64,000 bases of DNA from Macrostomum lignano (taxonomy: Eukaryota), in NCBI GenBank assembly GCA_002269645.1, contig NIVC01000422.1, positions 248,001 to 312,000 on the forward strand, given 5' to 3'. The notes beneath the pieces were generated by a model that saw only the letters and a list, made by a program, of their open reading frames with translations, ran no database searches and was not told the origin of the DNA. This document shows positions 35,300 to 64,000 of this stretch, one piece after another. Each line of letters opens with the position of its first letter. Position 1 is the stretch's first letter. A program made the translations under genes and the position numbers.

Positions 35300-52267
<16,968 letters not shown>

Positions 52268-52984
52268 GGTTGGCGATAGAAAAATATTAACCTGATAATT
52301 TCTTGGAATGAAAGTTTCTTAGTATTTATTGCCTACAGCGAAGGCAAGATCAAACGGTCCGTTTTAGCAGCTCTGCTTTGCTCAATGATACTCGTAGAAT
52401 TGCAACGCCTGCGACAGTTTATGACTATAGAAAAGGTCAGTTTTTTAACTAAGAGATAACGAAAAGCCCAGCTATGAACATAGGGTCTAAATTACTTCAA
52501 AGAATTTCTAGATACTGAGTTAACATAGATAATGAGTTGATGAGCTAAAATTATAAATGACTTGAACAATATAGAAATTTTATATAAAATTACTTTTCAG
52601 GGTTTAGATTGTATTGAGGGCAAGGTCACTCGCTATAGATGACACCACCCTATGCACTAAATTAATCTTTTTGACATGCCGCTATTTTAAACCAGTTAAA
52701 TGAATATTTGAATAACAAGCAAACAAACAGCATAAATCAATTTCCATTTCAAAATACAACACAGTTGTATTAATTGCTTCAGATAAACAATCAATTAAAA
52801 CAACTGCATTTATTAAAATGCTGTTTATTGTTTTAATGAATAAATGTACTTTAAATTGAACTAGTAGACTTAAATTAGCAAGTAATAGACACACCGGAAT
52901 AAAACTTGAAACCACAGAACTAATTCTGTGCTTGAAACTGATAACACCGAATTATAATTAATTTTATGAGCGTCGATAAAAGTG

Positions 52985-54345
52985 AGGTTGCAGGGACACT
53001 GGGTGAATGTACATTCAGAGGGGTAGAATGAGAGGCTGCAGGGACACTGGCTGAATGTACATTCAGAGGGGTAGAATGAGAGGCTGCAGGGACACTGGCT
53101 GAATGTACATTTAGAGGGGTAGAATGAGAGGCTGCAGGGACACTGGCTGAATGTACATTTAGAGGGGTAGAATGAGAGGCTGCAGGGACACTGGCTGAAT
53201 GTACATTCAGAGGGGTAGAATGAGAGGCTGCAGGGACACTGGCTGAATGTACATTCAGAGGGGTAGAATGAGAGGCTGCAGGGACACTGGCTGAATGTAC
53301 ATTCAGAGGGGTAGAATGAGAGGCTGCAGGGACACTGGCTGAATGTACATTCAGAGGGGTAGAATGAGAGGCTGCAGGGACACTGGCTGAATGTACATTC
53401 AGAGGGGTAGAATGAGAGGCTGCAGGGACACTGGCTGAATGTACATTCAGAGGGGTAGAATGAGAGGCTGCAGGGACACTGGCTGAATGTACATTTAGAG
53501 GGGTAGAATGAGAGGCTGCAGGGACACTGGCTGAATGTACATTCAGAGGGGTAGAATGAGAGGCTGCAAGGACACTGGCTGAATGTACATTCAGAGGGGT
53601 AGAATGAGAGGCTGCAGGGACACTGGCTGAATGTACATTCAGAGGGGTAGAATGAGAGGCTGCAGGGACACTGGCTGAATGTACATTTAGAGGGGTAGAA
53701 TGAGAGGCTGCAGGGACACTGGCTGAATGTACATTCAGAGGGGTAGAATGAGAGGCTGCAGGGACACTGGCTGAATGTACATTCAGAGGGGTAGAATGAG
53801 AGGCTGCAGGGACACTGGCTGAATGTACATTCAGAGGGGTAGAATGAGAGGCTGCAGGGACACTGGCTGAATGTACATTCAGAGGGGTAGAATGAGAGGC
53901 TGCAGGGACACTGGCTGAATGTACATTCAGAGGGGTAGAATGAGAGGCTGCAGGGACACTGGCTGAATGTACATTCAGAGGGGTAGAATGAGAGGCTGCA
54001 GGGACACTGGCTGAATGTACATTCAGAGGGGTAGAATGAGAGGCTGCAGGGACACTGGCTGAATGTACATTCAGAGGGGTAGAATGAGAGGCTGCAGGGA
54101 CACTGGCTGAATGTACATTTAGAGGGGTAGAATGAGAGGCTGCAGGGACACTGGGTGAATGTACATTCAGAGGGGTAGAATGAGAGGCTGCAGGGACACT
54201 GGCTGAATGTACATTTAGAGGGGTAGAATGAGAGGCTGCAGGGACACTGGCTGAATGTACATTTAGAGGGGTAGAATGAGAGGCTGCAGGGACACTGGGT
54301 GAATGTACATTCAGAGGGGTAGAATGAGAGGCTGCAGGGACATGG
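52985..54345. repeat. 48-bp satellite of about 28 copies, each with the 16-bp perfect palindrome CTGAATGTACATTCAG
   Basis: Period 48 (53041, 53089); a T variant (ACATTTAG) breaks the palindrome in some units. Confidence 0.97.
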
Positions 54346-54460
54346 GCGAATGCACATTGATGCGAACCAATAGATGACCGTAGGTTAAACATTTGCACTT
54401 TTAGAGCCAAAATTAAACGAATGCAAACGAGACCAGTTAGAAGTGTTTCGCGTAGTTTTT

Positions 54461-57400
54461 TTAATCCGATCCGGGTCCAACCCGTATCAGATAAATCGCT
54501 CGCTCCGTCAGTACTAAAATTCGAGAATCGCAACAACCAAAACCAATCAGTGCGTCCTGGGTAGCCAGAGACACAACCTGTTGAGTTGAGCGTTCGGCGA
54601 TGACTCGACCGGACTGACGATTCCGCAGCACAGTGTCAGCAGGCCTGGGGCTGTGGTACACGTACACGTGACGGTAGCAGTCGCAGATGGCGGCGTAGCC
54701 AAAGCTGGGCGCGCAGGAGACAAATTTGGCGTCGGTTTTCGAAGCTCGAACGTAGCCAAAAGCGTGAAACGTGGTCACGTGCTGCCAGATCGAGGAGGCG
54801 TCGCCGCCGCTGAAGTCAGGACGCCACAGAAGGCCGTCAACATCGCGACGAAGGCACACGTAGGGCGGCTCCGACGGAGTCACTCGGGTGGCGAACAGCC
54901 ACTGGGTTGAGTCTAGGGCTGGGCGAGTCGGATGGGATGAGAGCCATGAGATAGCAAAACTATTGGAAGGATTAAGATATATGAGAAAGGAGTGAGGTGG
55001 GTGTGCAGAGGGGCGAAGGGAAGTGAGGTGGGTGAGCAGAGGGGCAGAGAGGGGAGTGGGGTGGGTGTGCAGAGGGTCGGAGAGGGGAGTGGGGTGGCTG
55101 TGCAGAGGGGCAGAGAGGGGAGTGGGTTGGGTGTGCAGAGAGACAGAGAGGAGAGTGGGGTGGGTGTGCAGAGGGACAGAGAGGAGTGGGGTGGGTGTGC
55201 AGAGGGACAGAGAGGAGTGGGGTGGGTGTGAAGAGAGGCAGAGGGAGTGGGGCTGTGGCAAATCAATATTATAAAAACTAACCAGTAAGCGCCACAACTC
55301 GCTTAGCCTCGCCGTCGATCCAAACCAAGGCGCCAGTCTCTAAGCCGCCATCTCCGTCGCCGCCAGCTTCTGGGAGGTCGCAGTCCTCCAGCTCCTGGGC
55401 GTTGTACAGATCTCCGGAAGAGGCACCGGCCACAACGGCAGCGGCTGCCGCGGTGGCGGCGTCGGGTAGTTCGGCACCTCGAGCATCGTTGGTCACTAGA
55501 CAGGGCCAAGGAGTTTCAGAGCTGCGCTTGCCAAGCAGGTGCAATTCGAGTAAACGGCACTCAGAATGAGGCTCCACCTGTAGTTCAGAAAGGGCTAAGC
55601 GTCACTAGACTGCAAACTGAAAACTTGAAGCAAGAAAGTTCAAGGTTATTTAAATTGAAACGAACCGTCCAAGTGCAGGCGTCCTTGTCCCAGACCTCGT
55701 ACAGCGGCCCATCTAGCACTGGCCTACCGTGAATAGCCACTCTCAGCGCTACTCCGGTGTTTGTCACTTCGATGTCAGCTTTGCCTACACCAGTTGGCAG
55801 TGGGATGAACACGCTGATGCCATCCTCTTGGGATTGGCTCCAGGTGTAGGGCGACGGCGCCGATTCCGACGCCATCGAGACGGAGTTGCCGCCCACCTGA
55901 CGGGTTGAGCGCCGCTTCTGTCTGTTGAGGGCGGAAATTGTTGAGGGATCTGTTTTGGTCGTGTTAATAACCCTCTATCCCTCTAGGGCCAGTCTGGGTG
56001 TGCTAATAGCCCTCTATCCCTCTAGGGCCAGTCTGGGATTTCTAATAACCCTTTATCCCTCTAGGGCCAGTCTGGGATTGCTAATAACCCTCCATCCCTC
56101 TAGGGCTAGTCTGGGATTGCTAATAACCCTCCATCCCTCTAGGGCCAGTCTGGGATTGCTAATAACCTTCCATCCCTCTAGGGCATGTCTGGGGTGTGCT
56201 AATAACCCTCTATCCCTCTAGGGCCAGTCTGGGATTGCTAATAACCCTCCATCCCTCTAGGGCCAGTCTGGGGTGTGCTAATAACCCTCTATCCCTCTAG
56301 GGCTAGTCTGGGATTGCTAATAACCCTCCATCCTTCTAGGGCCAGTCTGGGATTGCTAATAACCCTCCATCCCTCTAGGGCCAGTCTGGGTGTGCTAATA
56401 ACCCTCTATCTCTCTAGGGCCAGTCTGGGTGTGCTAATAACCCTCTATCCCTCTAAGGCTAGTCTGGGGTGTGCTAATAACCCTCTATCCCTCTAGGGCT
56501 AGTCTGGGTGTGCTAATAACCCTCTATCCCTTTAGGGCCAGTCTGGGTGTGCTAATAACCCTCTATCTCTCTAGGGCCAGTTTGGAGTGTGGTCCCCACT
56601 AAGTGCCTTGAAACTCACTCATCATCGTCAGCTTTTGCAGTTTCCTCAGTTTCACCGTTTCCACTAGAAGGAGCAGTGGTTTTGGAGGTGTTTTTATCAT
56701 CTTTATCGACAAACTCAAAGGGTCGATCGCACTCCAGCAGCAAGTGGCGACATTCCGCATCAAAACAGGCGTAGTTTGGCACGCAGCTGCTCTCCAGAGT
56801 CAAGCGACGAATCTGTTGATAGTTGCCATGGCTACTAGGAGATCCCAACGATTGATAAGTGAACCAATCGAGTACGCAACGGAAGCCGTCACTACTTTTG
56901 TCATCATTTGTACTCTTATTAGCATCAGCTGATGATTCGCAAACTCGCATTAGCAAACAGTGCAGCTGATTGGTGGCTGAATAGCGCCTAGCGTACACCA
57001 GAAGGCTTGGCTCGGTTTCGAATGTGGCGCAGGCCTCCCAGTCTTTGTTGTCAATGTTGGACTCTGAATCAAAATGAATGGATGAACTCGGATTGGCTTG
57101 CATGCGCTGGGAGCGTGTTTGGTTTCTTTAGCTAAATTTAAGCTGCTAGAACCTCCCTGCTTTTCTTACCCAATCTTCCTTTCCCTCTCACCCCTAATCT
57201 CACTCTCCCTCTCACCCCCAATCTCACTCTCCCTCTCACCCCCAATCTCACTCTCCCTCTCACCTTCAATCTCACTCTTCCTCTCACCCCCAATATCACT
57301 CTACCTCTCACCCCCCAATCTCACTCTCCCTCTCTACCATAATCTCACTCTTCCTCTAACCCCCAATCTCACTCTCCCTCTCACCCCCAATCTCACTTTC

Positions 57401-58663
57401 CCTCTCACCCCTAATCTCACTCTCCCTCTCACCCCCAATCTCACTCTCTCTCTTACCCCCAATCTCACTCTCCCTCTCACCCCCAATCTGACTCTCCCTC
57501 TCACCCCTAATCTCACTCTCCCTCTCACTCTTCTATTTCGTGACTTTCCCTCTTACCCTCCCATCTCACCCTCCCTCTCACTCTAGCATCTCACTCTCTC
57601 TCTCTCTCTCTCTCACTCTCCCATCTCACGCTAGCATCTAACTCTCCCTCTCACTCTAGCATCTCTCTCTACCATCTTACCTTAGCATATATCTCTCTCT
57701 CTCACTCTAACATCTCACTCTACCATTTTACCCTAGCATCTCACTCTCTCTCTCTCCCTCACTCTAGCATCACACTTTCTCATCTCACTCTCCCATCTCA
57801 CTCTCCCTCTCACTCTAGCATCTCACTCTCTCTCTCACTCTAGCATCTCTCTCTACCATGTTACCCTAGCATATCTCTCTCTCTCTTACTCTAGCATCTC
57901 ACTCTACCATCTCACCTTAGCATCTCACTCTCCCTCTCACTCTAGCATCTCACTCTCCCTCTCACTCTAGCATCTCACTCTCCCTCTCACTCTAGCATCT
58001 CACTCTCTCTCTCACTCTAGCATCTCACTCTCCCTATTACTCTAGCATTCCAATCTCCCTCTCACCCTAGCATCTTAATCTCCCATCTCCCTGTCCCTCT
58101 CACCCTCATATCTCACTATTCCCCTCACCCTAGCATCTCACTCTTCCCTCCAGCTTGTCACAACACTATCATTTAGCTTTCTTACCATCAGGCCCGCAGC
58201 TGCCCCGCTCCCCGGTGTCCACCAGGAACAGCCGGCCGCAGCCATCGGCAACGCAAGCGGCGGTCTCGTCAACAAAGGCCATGGAAGGCTGACACCGGCC
58301 TGACAACAGTCGCCGATCTGCCGCATTAGGCAAGGTGAGTAGCGGTCTCGGCGGGTCCGGACACGAATCTGTAACAGTCCGAATTCGCATTAGATTCCAT
58401 TCCGAATCTAAATAGTAGGCACAGTCTAGATCCCACGGATCCAGGTACAGGTGATTCTGCACTCCGTAAGCTTTCAGGTGGTCGAAGCTGTACTGCCGCT
58501 CGGTGAGCTGCGGGTTGTCCACTGGCCGGGGCAGCTTCAGCTCCACGATGCCCGGCTGCTCCAGCGCCAGTTTGTAGCCTTCGAATTTGGAGTCCAGCAG
58601 GTCGCGATTCACCCGCAGTTCGGGGTAGCTGCAGGCTGACTGCTGGGCGTCTGCGGCCTGCAT
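54461..58663 (-). CDS. NUDCD1: NudC domain-containing protein 1 (CML66), about 643 aa; exons 58186-58663, 56619-57063, 55666-55921, 55283-55577, 54461-54918
   Basis: LRVNRDLLDSKFEGYKL; QNHLYLDPW; CS domain PYTWSQ..VLDGPLY..DACTW; CLRRDVDGLLW; AFGYVRASK; ILVLTERAIYLIRV. Phases 1, 2, 0, 1 are compatible and the exon sum is 1932 nt. An upstream ATG at 58720 is possible. Confidence 0.92.
54990..55255. repeat. G-rich intronic minisatellite (GGAGTGGGGTGGGTGTGCAGAGGGACAGAGA-like)
   Basis: About 8 imperfect copies filling NUDCD1 intron 4. Confidence 0.88.
55960..56580. repeat. About 39-bp intronic minisatellite (TCTAGGGCCAGTCTGGGATTGCTAATAACCCTCCATCCC)
   Basis: About 15 copies filling NUDCD1 intron 2. 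Confidence 0.93.
57175..58145. repeat. CT-rich degenerate minisatellite (AATCTCACTCTCCCTCTCACCCCC grading to TAGCATCTCACTCTCCCTCTCACTC)
   Basis: Fills NUDCD1 intron 1. Confidence 0.9.
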
Positions 58664-58724
58664 GGCTGATGGTGCGGCTGCCTCCTGCAATTCCGCTTTT
58701 GTCCATGAATCTGTCTGCATCTGC

Positions 58725-58918
58725 TTGCCTGTCTGTCTGTGTGTCTGCTTGCCTGCCCGTCTGTCCGCCTCTCTGTCTGCCTGCCTGCCTGTCTGCCTGC
58801 CTGTCTGTCTGTCTGTCTGTCTGTCTGCCTGTCTTTCTGCCTGTCTGCCTGCCCATCTGTCTGTCTGTCTGTCTGTCTGGCTGTGTGTCTTGTCTGCCGG
58901 TCTGACTGTCTGTCTTTG

Positions 58919-58979
<61 letters not shown>

Positions 58980-59190
58980 TTCTGCCTGCCCGTCTGTTTC
59001 TGTCTGTCTGTCTGTCTGCCTGTGTGTCTTGGCTGCCGGTCTGACTGTCTGTCTTTGTCTGTCTGTCTGCCTGTCTGTTTGTCTGTCAATTAATCAATCA
59101 ATCGATCTACCTGTCTAATCTATCTATCTATTTATCTATCTATCTACCTATTTAATCTATCTATCTATGTATGTATGTATCTATCTTTCT
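58725..59190. repeat. (TGTC)n then (TATC)n microsatellites immediately 5' of the NUDCD1 start
   Basis: Seen directly. Confidence 0.9.
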
Positions 59191-60709
59191 ATCTATCTAG
59201 TAATCAAAAGAACACAGAAGCAGCTGACACCAATCACGGCAGTGATAAAATAAACGCACACAGATATACGTCAATATTATTTACTTGCACAAGATAACGC
59301 GCAACTAACGCTTATAGCTTATCAGCAATTAAAAAATGTTTTATAATAAGAATAGAAGATAAATTGCAAGCAATAAAAAAGCCAAGTAACTTACCAGAAA
59401 CTAGGGACAAATAATCAGTGTGAAAAATATTCATTTACACAAATTCTGAAGCAGCAACACTAGAGGATTAGCTGTTAGTAGTATAATAGTGAAAAAAGTT
59501 ATAATATATTTATTTTTAGAAATTAGCATTTTGTAGCAAAAATAGATTTATACATTTGAACTGACAAACTTTTTTACAAACGCGCGCTCTCCGATTACAG
59601 AGATGTCTTGATCTGTAACTAATGAAAGCGATTTTGAAGCAACATAACAATAATCATAATAACAATATTTTGCTTTAAAAATCTCACAAATGTACACAAT
59701 TGTTATAAAATAAGCCGAGAAAATTGGTACAATAATTAAACTGAAAACAAATCTAGTTAATTTTTTCCAGGATTATTAGGTAAAACATTAATTAGGAAGT
59801 TTGTAGTTGACAATAATTTGATAGATAAGCAAAAACCCTGGTAGCAATATATCACCTTAATAGTGTAATAAAATTATGCATATTAGTATTAACAATATAA
59901 CGAATTATATATTACAATATACATTTAGGAAGCAAGTTACAGCAATTGAAAAAAATACAGAGATATGTACATACAGGCTTATAAAGAGTTTATATATATA
60001 TATGTAGGTACATAGATTTTGTCACGAATTTATTATCCAGAATTTATAAATATTTTCTTTAATTGAAAAAAGGTACGCGAAACCATAATGAATGCAAGCA
60101 GCTGAGCACTTCAATTCAACGCCATAATGTCTATGCTTGTACTAGAAACTGAACACTCAATCTATACTACTTATAAACTGTTGCTGTCAGTAACAATAAA
60201 AGCACATATGACGTATAAAGTACAAAATGTTTCTCAAAAATATTTTCATTAGTTTTCACCGTTTAAAACTCAGGACAATTATTTTTTTGCTAATTTATAC
60301 ACGAAAGACAGAGAAAGCCTATCAAAGATTGATCAAAAATAGCCAATGATTTTCGGGGTGTTCTGGCAAACAACAATAAAACACTGAATTATCTTGTTCT
60401 TTAAAGAGTTAAAATTGCACTCCATCATTTTGTATGAGATTATTTAATAATACAAAAAGTTTATGAACTTTAGAGGCTGGAAACAACAGTTATTTACAAA
60501 GTTAAATTGTTGCCAAAATGACTACTGAAAAGACTACTCAATACTTGAGAATCACTAGGAATGAAAGGGTGTTAGCGACTCGTGTTTCAACTTCTTAACT
60601 TTCGAGTTTCGCTACATGAAACATCTGCATATTGTCCTTAATTTATATATTAGTCTGACTGATTATTTATCTAGAATTTTATCCCACAGTCCATTCCTTC
60701 AATCTCCCA

Positions 60710-62008
60710 GTCTAAACTTCTACTCTACCTCTCACTCTTCCACTCTACACCTCATTCTCCCAGTCTACCTCTCACTCTCCCAGTCTACACATCACTCTCC
60801 CAGTCTACCCCTCATTATCTCATTATCCCAGTATACCCCTTACTATCTCAGTCGACCCATCACTCTCCCAGTCTACCCATCACTCTCCCAGTCTACCCAT
60901 CACTCTCCCAGTCTACCCATCACTCTCCCAGTCTACCCATCACTCTCCCAGTCGACCCATCACTCTCCCAGTCTACCCATCACTCTCCTAGTCTACCCTC
61001 ACTCTCCAAGTCTACCCCTCACTCTCTCAGTTTACCTCTCACTCTCCTAGTCTACTCCTCACTCTCCTAGTCTACCCCTGACTCTCCAAGTTTACCCCTC
61101 ACTCTCCCAGTCTACCCTCACTCTCCAAGTTTACCCCTCACTCTCCCAGTCTACCCTCACTCTCCAAGTCTACCCCTCACTCTCCCAGGCTACCTTTTAC
61201 TCTCCCAGTCTAGCCCTTACTTTCGAAGAAGGAGTTAAAACATTATCACAGTTTTTGGGTGTACATAACTATCACTACGTAATCCTGACACGGAACTGTA
61301 ACCTTATGTACATCTAGAATTGTGCGCAATGTTATGATTTCAGCCAATATACGAGCTATTACCGGTAAATATTTAAGCAACTGTAGACATGGGAGGTACT
61401 TCAGTACATGTAAGGTTTAGCAAATAAACAACATATTTATATATGTTCCTACATATATATATATATAGGAACAAAAACTACTAATATATGGTCCTTGCGA
61501 ATAACACAATTAATTAAACTTGAAAAGAAAATCTTTTTAACCGGGGATTTGCAGGTTCTTAAGCTTAATACTTTGTGCCAGTTCAAAGTCTCTTAACATG
61601 AAGAGATTGATGCCACAAAGGCAGTATTCTATAGTAAGCTATTATACTAGTGGCAGACAGGGGGTAGACTGGGAGAGTGAGGGGTAGACTGGAAGTGTGA
61701 GAGGTAGACTGGAAGTGAGAGGGGTAGACTGGGAGAGTGAGACGTGGAGTGGGAGAGTGAGGGGTAGACTGGGAGAGTGAGGGGTAGACTGGGAGAGTGA
61801 GGGGTAGGCTGGAAGTGTGAGAGGTAGACTGAGAGAGTGAGATGTGGAGTGGGAGAGTAAGGGGTAGAGTGGGAGAGTGAGGGGTAGACTGGGAGAGTGA
61901 GGGGTAGACTGGGAGAAGGGTAGACTGAGAGAGTGAGGGGTAGACTGAGAGTTTAAAGGGTAGACTGGAAGTGTGAGGGGTAGACCGGGAGAGTGAGGGG
62001 TAGATCGT
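60710..62008. repeat. Two oppositely oriented arrays of one 19-20-bp unit (CACTCTCCCAGTCTACCCCT at 60710-61215; its reverse complement at 61655-62008) around an AT-rich spacer
   Basis: AGGGGTAGACTGGGAGAGTG is the exact reverse complement of the left unit. Confidence 0.92.
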
Positions 62009-62049
62009 TAGATACAAATGTGGAGTAGTAGATGAAGCAGGTAATGGTA

Positions 62050-62232
62050 GAAAAAAGGTTAAATTGGTAGATAAAACGGTAGATACAGGGGTAGATTGGT
62101 AGCTGAATTGGTAGATAAAACGGTAGATACAAGGGTAGATTGGTAGCTAAATTGGTAGATAAAACGGTAGATACAGGGGTAGATTGGTAGCTGAATTGGT
62201 AGATAAAACGGTAGATACAGGGGTAGATTGGT
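62050..62232. repeat. About 44-bp tandem repeat (GATTGGTAGCTGAATTGGTAGATAAAACGGTAGATACAGGGGTA)
   Basis: About 4 copies. Confidence 0.85.
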
Positions 62233-62400
62233 ACGAGCTAGCTCTAGAATAATAGAAAGCAGGCACTTCCGTTACTCAATTAACACTGGGACAATATCTC
62301 CTACCTAGTACTAATGAAACACACACATGCAGATAAAATGTAAACTACCCTGCAATAAAAAAGCAGACAAAAATAAAACAGAATCCTCAAGCAAATAGAG

Positions 62401-63821
62401 TTACAGCAGGCTGCAGCAGCACCGGCAGTAGCGCCGCCGCCTCGGCTCCGGCTGGCCCGGCGGGGTCACCGGCGCAAAGTACGCGTGCACTTTTAAATTA
62501 GGCAGATGGCCGACTAAACGGCGAATGCCGGATCGTGTGATCTGCTGGCAGTCGTACAGGTCGATCTGCTGCAGGGCGTGACAGGCGACCAGGTGCTCCA
62601 GTGCGGTGTCCGTGATATGGGGGCAATTATCCAGCTCGAGCACCTGGGGAATGGCATGATTAATTAATCTTAATATCATCCGAAATCCCGAGATTCTCTC
62701 ATAACAATACCACCCAAAATCCCAATATTCGTCTTATAATATCATCTAAAATCCCAAGATTCTGCCATCTCAATATCATCCAAAATCCCAAGAATATCTT
62801 ATCTCAGTATAATCCGAAATCCCAAGATTCTCCCATCTCAATCCTATATACTAAAAATGAAAATATTGCTTGTTTGTTTGTGTGTACGCAATCGATTAGA
62901 GAAAAAATGGCTGGACCGATTTTCATCGATTTTCCATCTCAATATCACCCAACATCCCAAGAATCTCTTATCTCAATATAATCCAACATCCCAAGATTCT
63001 CCCATCTCAATATCATCCAAAATCCCAAGATTCTCCCATCTCAATATCATCCAAAATCCCAAGATTCTCCCATCTCAATATTATCCAAAATCCCAAGATT
63101 CTCCCATCTCAATATCATCCAAAATCCCAAGATTCTCCCATCTCAATATCATCCAAAATCCCAAGATTCTCCTATCTCAATATCATCCAAAATCCCAAGA
63201 TTCTCCCATCTCAATATCATCCAAAATCCCAAGATTCTCCTATCTCAATATCATCCAAAATCCCAAGATTCTCCTATCTCAATATTATCCAACATCCTAA
63301 GATCCTCACATCTCCATATCATTTCAAATCACAATATTATCCTCAATACAATCTAAAATCTCAATATCCGTCTTAATATCATAAAAAATCTCATAAAATT
63401 CTCCCACCTCAATATCATCCAAGATCCCAAGAATCTTTAATATTAATAATCATCCAACATCCCGCCCAAGATTCTCCCATCGCAATATGATACAAAAATC
63501 CCAAAATGATCTATCTTACCATCATAAAAATACCCCACGATTCTCCCACCCCAATATAATAAAAAAATCCTGTAATCCCACATACTAATACTATGGAGAA
63601 TCTCTCCAGAAGCCCCCAACCCTCACCTGCAGACTCTCGGGAGCGCACAGGCCGCCAGCCAGCTGTCGAATGCCATCGTCCGTTAGCAACTCGCAATAGG
63701 ACAGCGTGAGAATGCGCAGGTGAGAGCAGTGGGCCGCCAATGCAGCCAAAGTGATGTCGGTCACCTGGACGCAGTCTTCAAGGTCGAGCCGTTCTAGCTG
63801 GGGACAGCCGCGAGCCAGCGC
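62401..63821 (-). CDS. FBXL20: Last two exons (63627-63821, 62401-62643) of an F-box/LRR protein of the FBXL2/FBXL20 family; 5' part lies beyond the window
   Basis: Cys-containing LRRs (LERLDLEDC, LTLSYCELLTDDGI, LELDNCPHITD, IDLYDCQQIT), VHAYFAPVTPP and the C-terminal RYCRCCCSLL CaaX motif. FBXL2 versus FBXL20 cannot be separated. Confidence 0.92.
62685..63560. repeat. About 33-bp intronic minisatellite (CCATCTCAATATCATCCAAAATCCCAAGATTCTC-like)
   Basis: Fills the last FBXL intron; interrupted by a Helitron-like end. Confidence 0.92.
62842..62935 (+). mobile_element. Helitron-like 5' terminus, copy 3, embedded in the satellite
   Basis: A then TCCTATATACTAAAAATGA, then ttgtttgtttg, then aaaaaatggctggaccgatttt. 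Confidence 0.6.
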
Positions 63822-64000
63822 CTTATTTGGGTGACAAAGGTGTGGATTCATCAGTGCAGGGTGCGGGCTTCTAGCCATCTAGTTTTAGTAACTATATAAA
63901 TCTATATGAATGGAAATACTTACGGATATTTTTCTAAAGTGGCGTGGTTCTTTGTGACAATTATTATTCTCTACTTTCTCCACCTATCTGCGTACTAGTA

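Noticed and set aside
52870-54536. 495- and 538-aa ORFs with perfect 16-aa repeats (Cys-rich or mucin-like look)
   Set aside because: A 48-bp unit is a multiple of three, so stop-free frames stay open; the 538-aa ORF overlaps the NUDCD1 3' end out of frame and has no credible start.

Overview
Eukaryotic, intron-rich invertebrate genomic DNA with GT-AG introns that are either very short (about 40-100 nt) or swollen by tandem repeats. The composition is reminiscent of a spiralian such as a free-living flatworm, but this is not confirmed. The left part (1-24 kb) is a mobile-element-rich, immune-looking block. It holds a head-to-head pair made of a single-exon ORF with a C-terminal CARD-like segment (3808-4986, minus) and a 6-exon gene that joins an N-terminal TRADD-N-like region to two ankyrin-repeat blocks (5610-13777, plus; the supplied ORF track splits it into four ORFs). 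The long intron of that gene holds SINEs, a duplicated exon piece, a Harbinger transposon and a Tc1-like fragment. Next come a convergent MPEG1/perforin-2 gene with apparent frameshifts and a BTB-BACK-zinc-ribbon gene. The right part (27-64 kb) holds conserved genes, all on the minus strand: an ARHGAP45/29-like F-BAR-RhoGAP that seems to lack its C1 domain, NUDCD1, and the 3' end of FBXL2/20. Nearly every long intron there is filled by its own private minisatellite. All gene models and domain calls were made by eye from splice signals, reading-frame phase and motif recall, with no database searches. Most long ORFs in the track beyond 27 kb are artefacts of tandem repeats.
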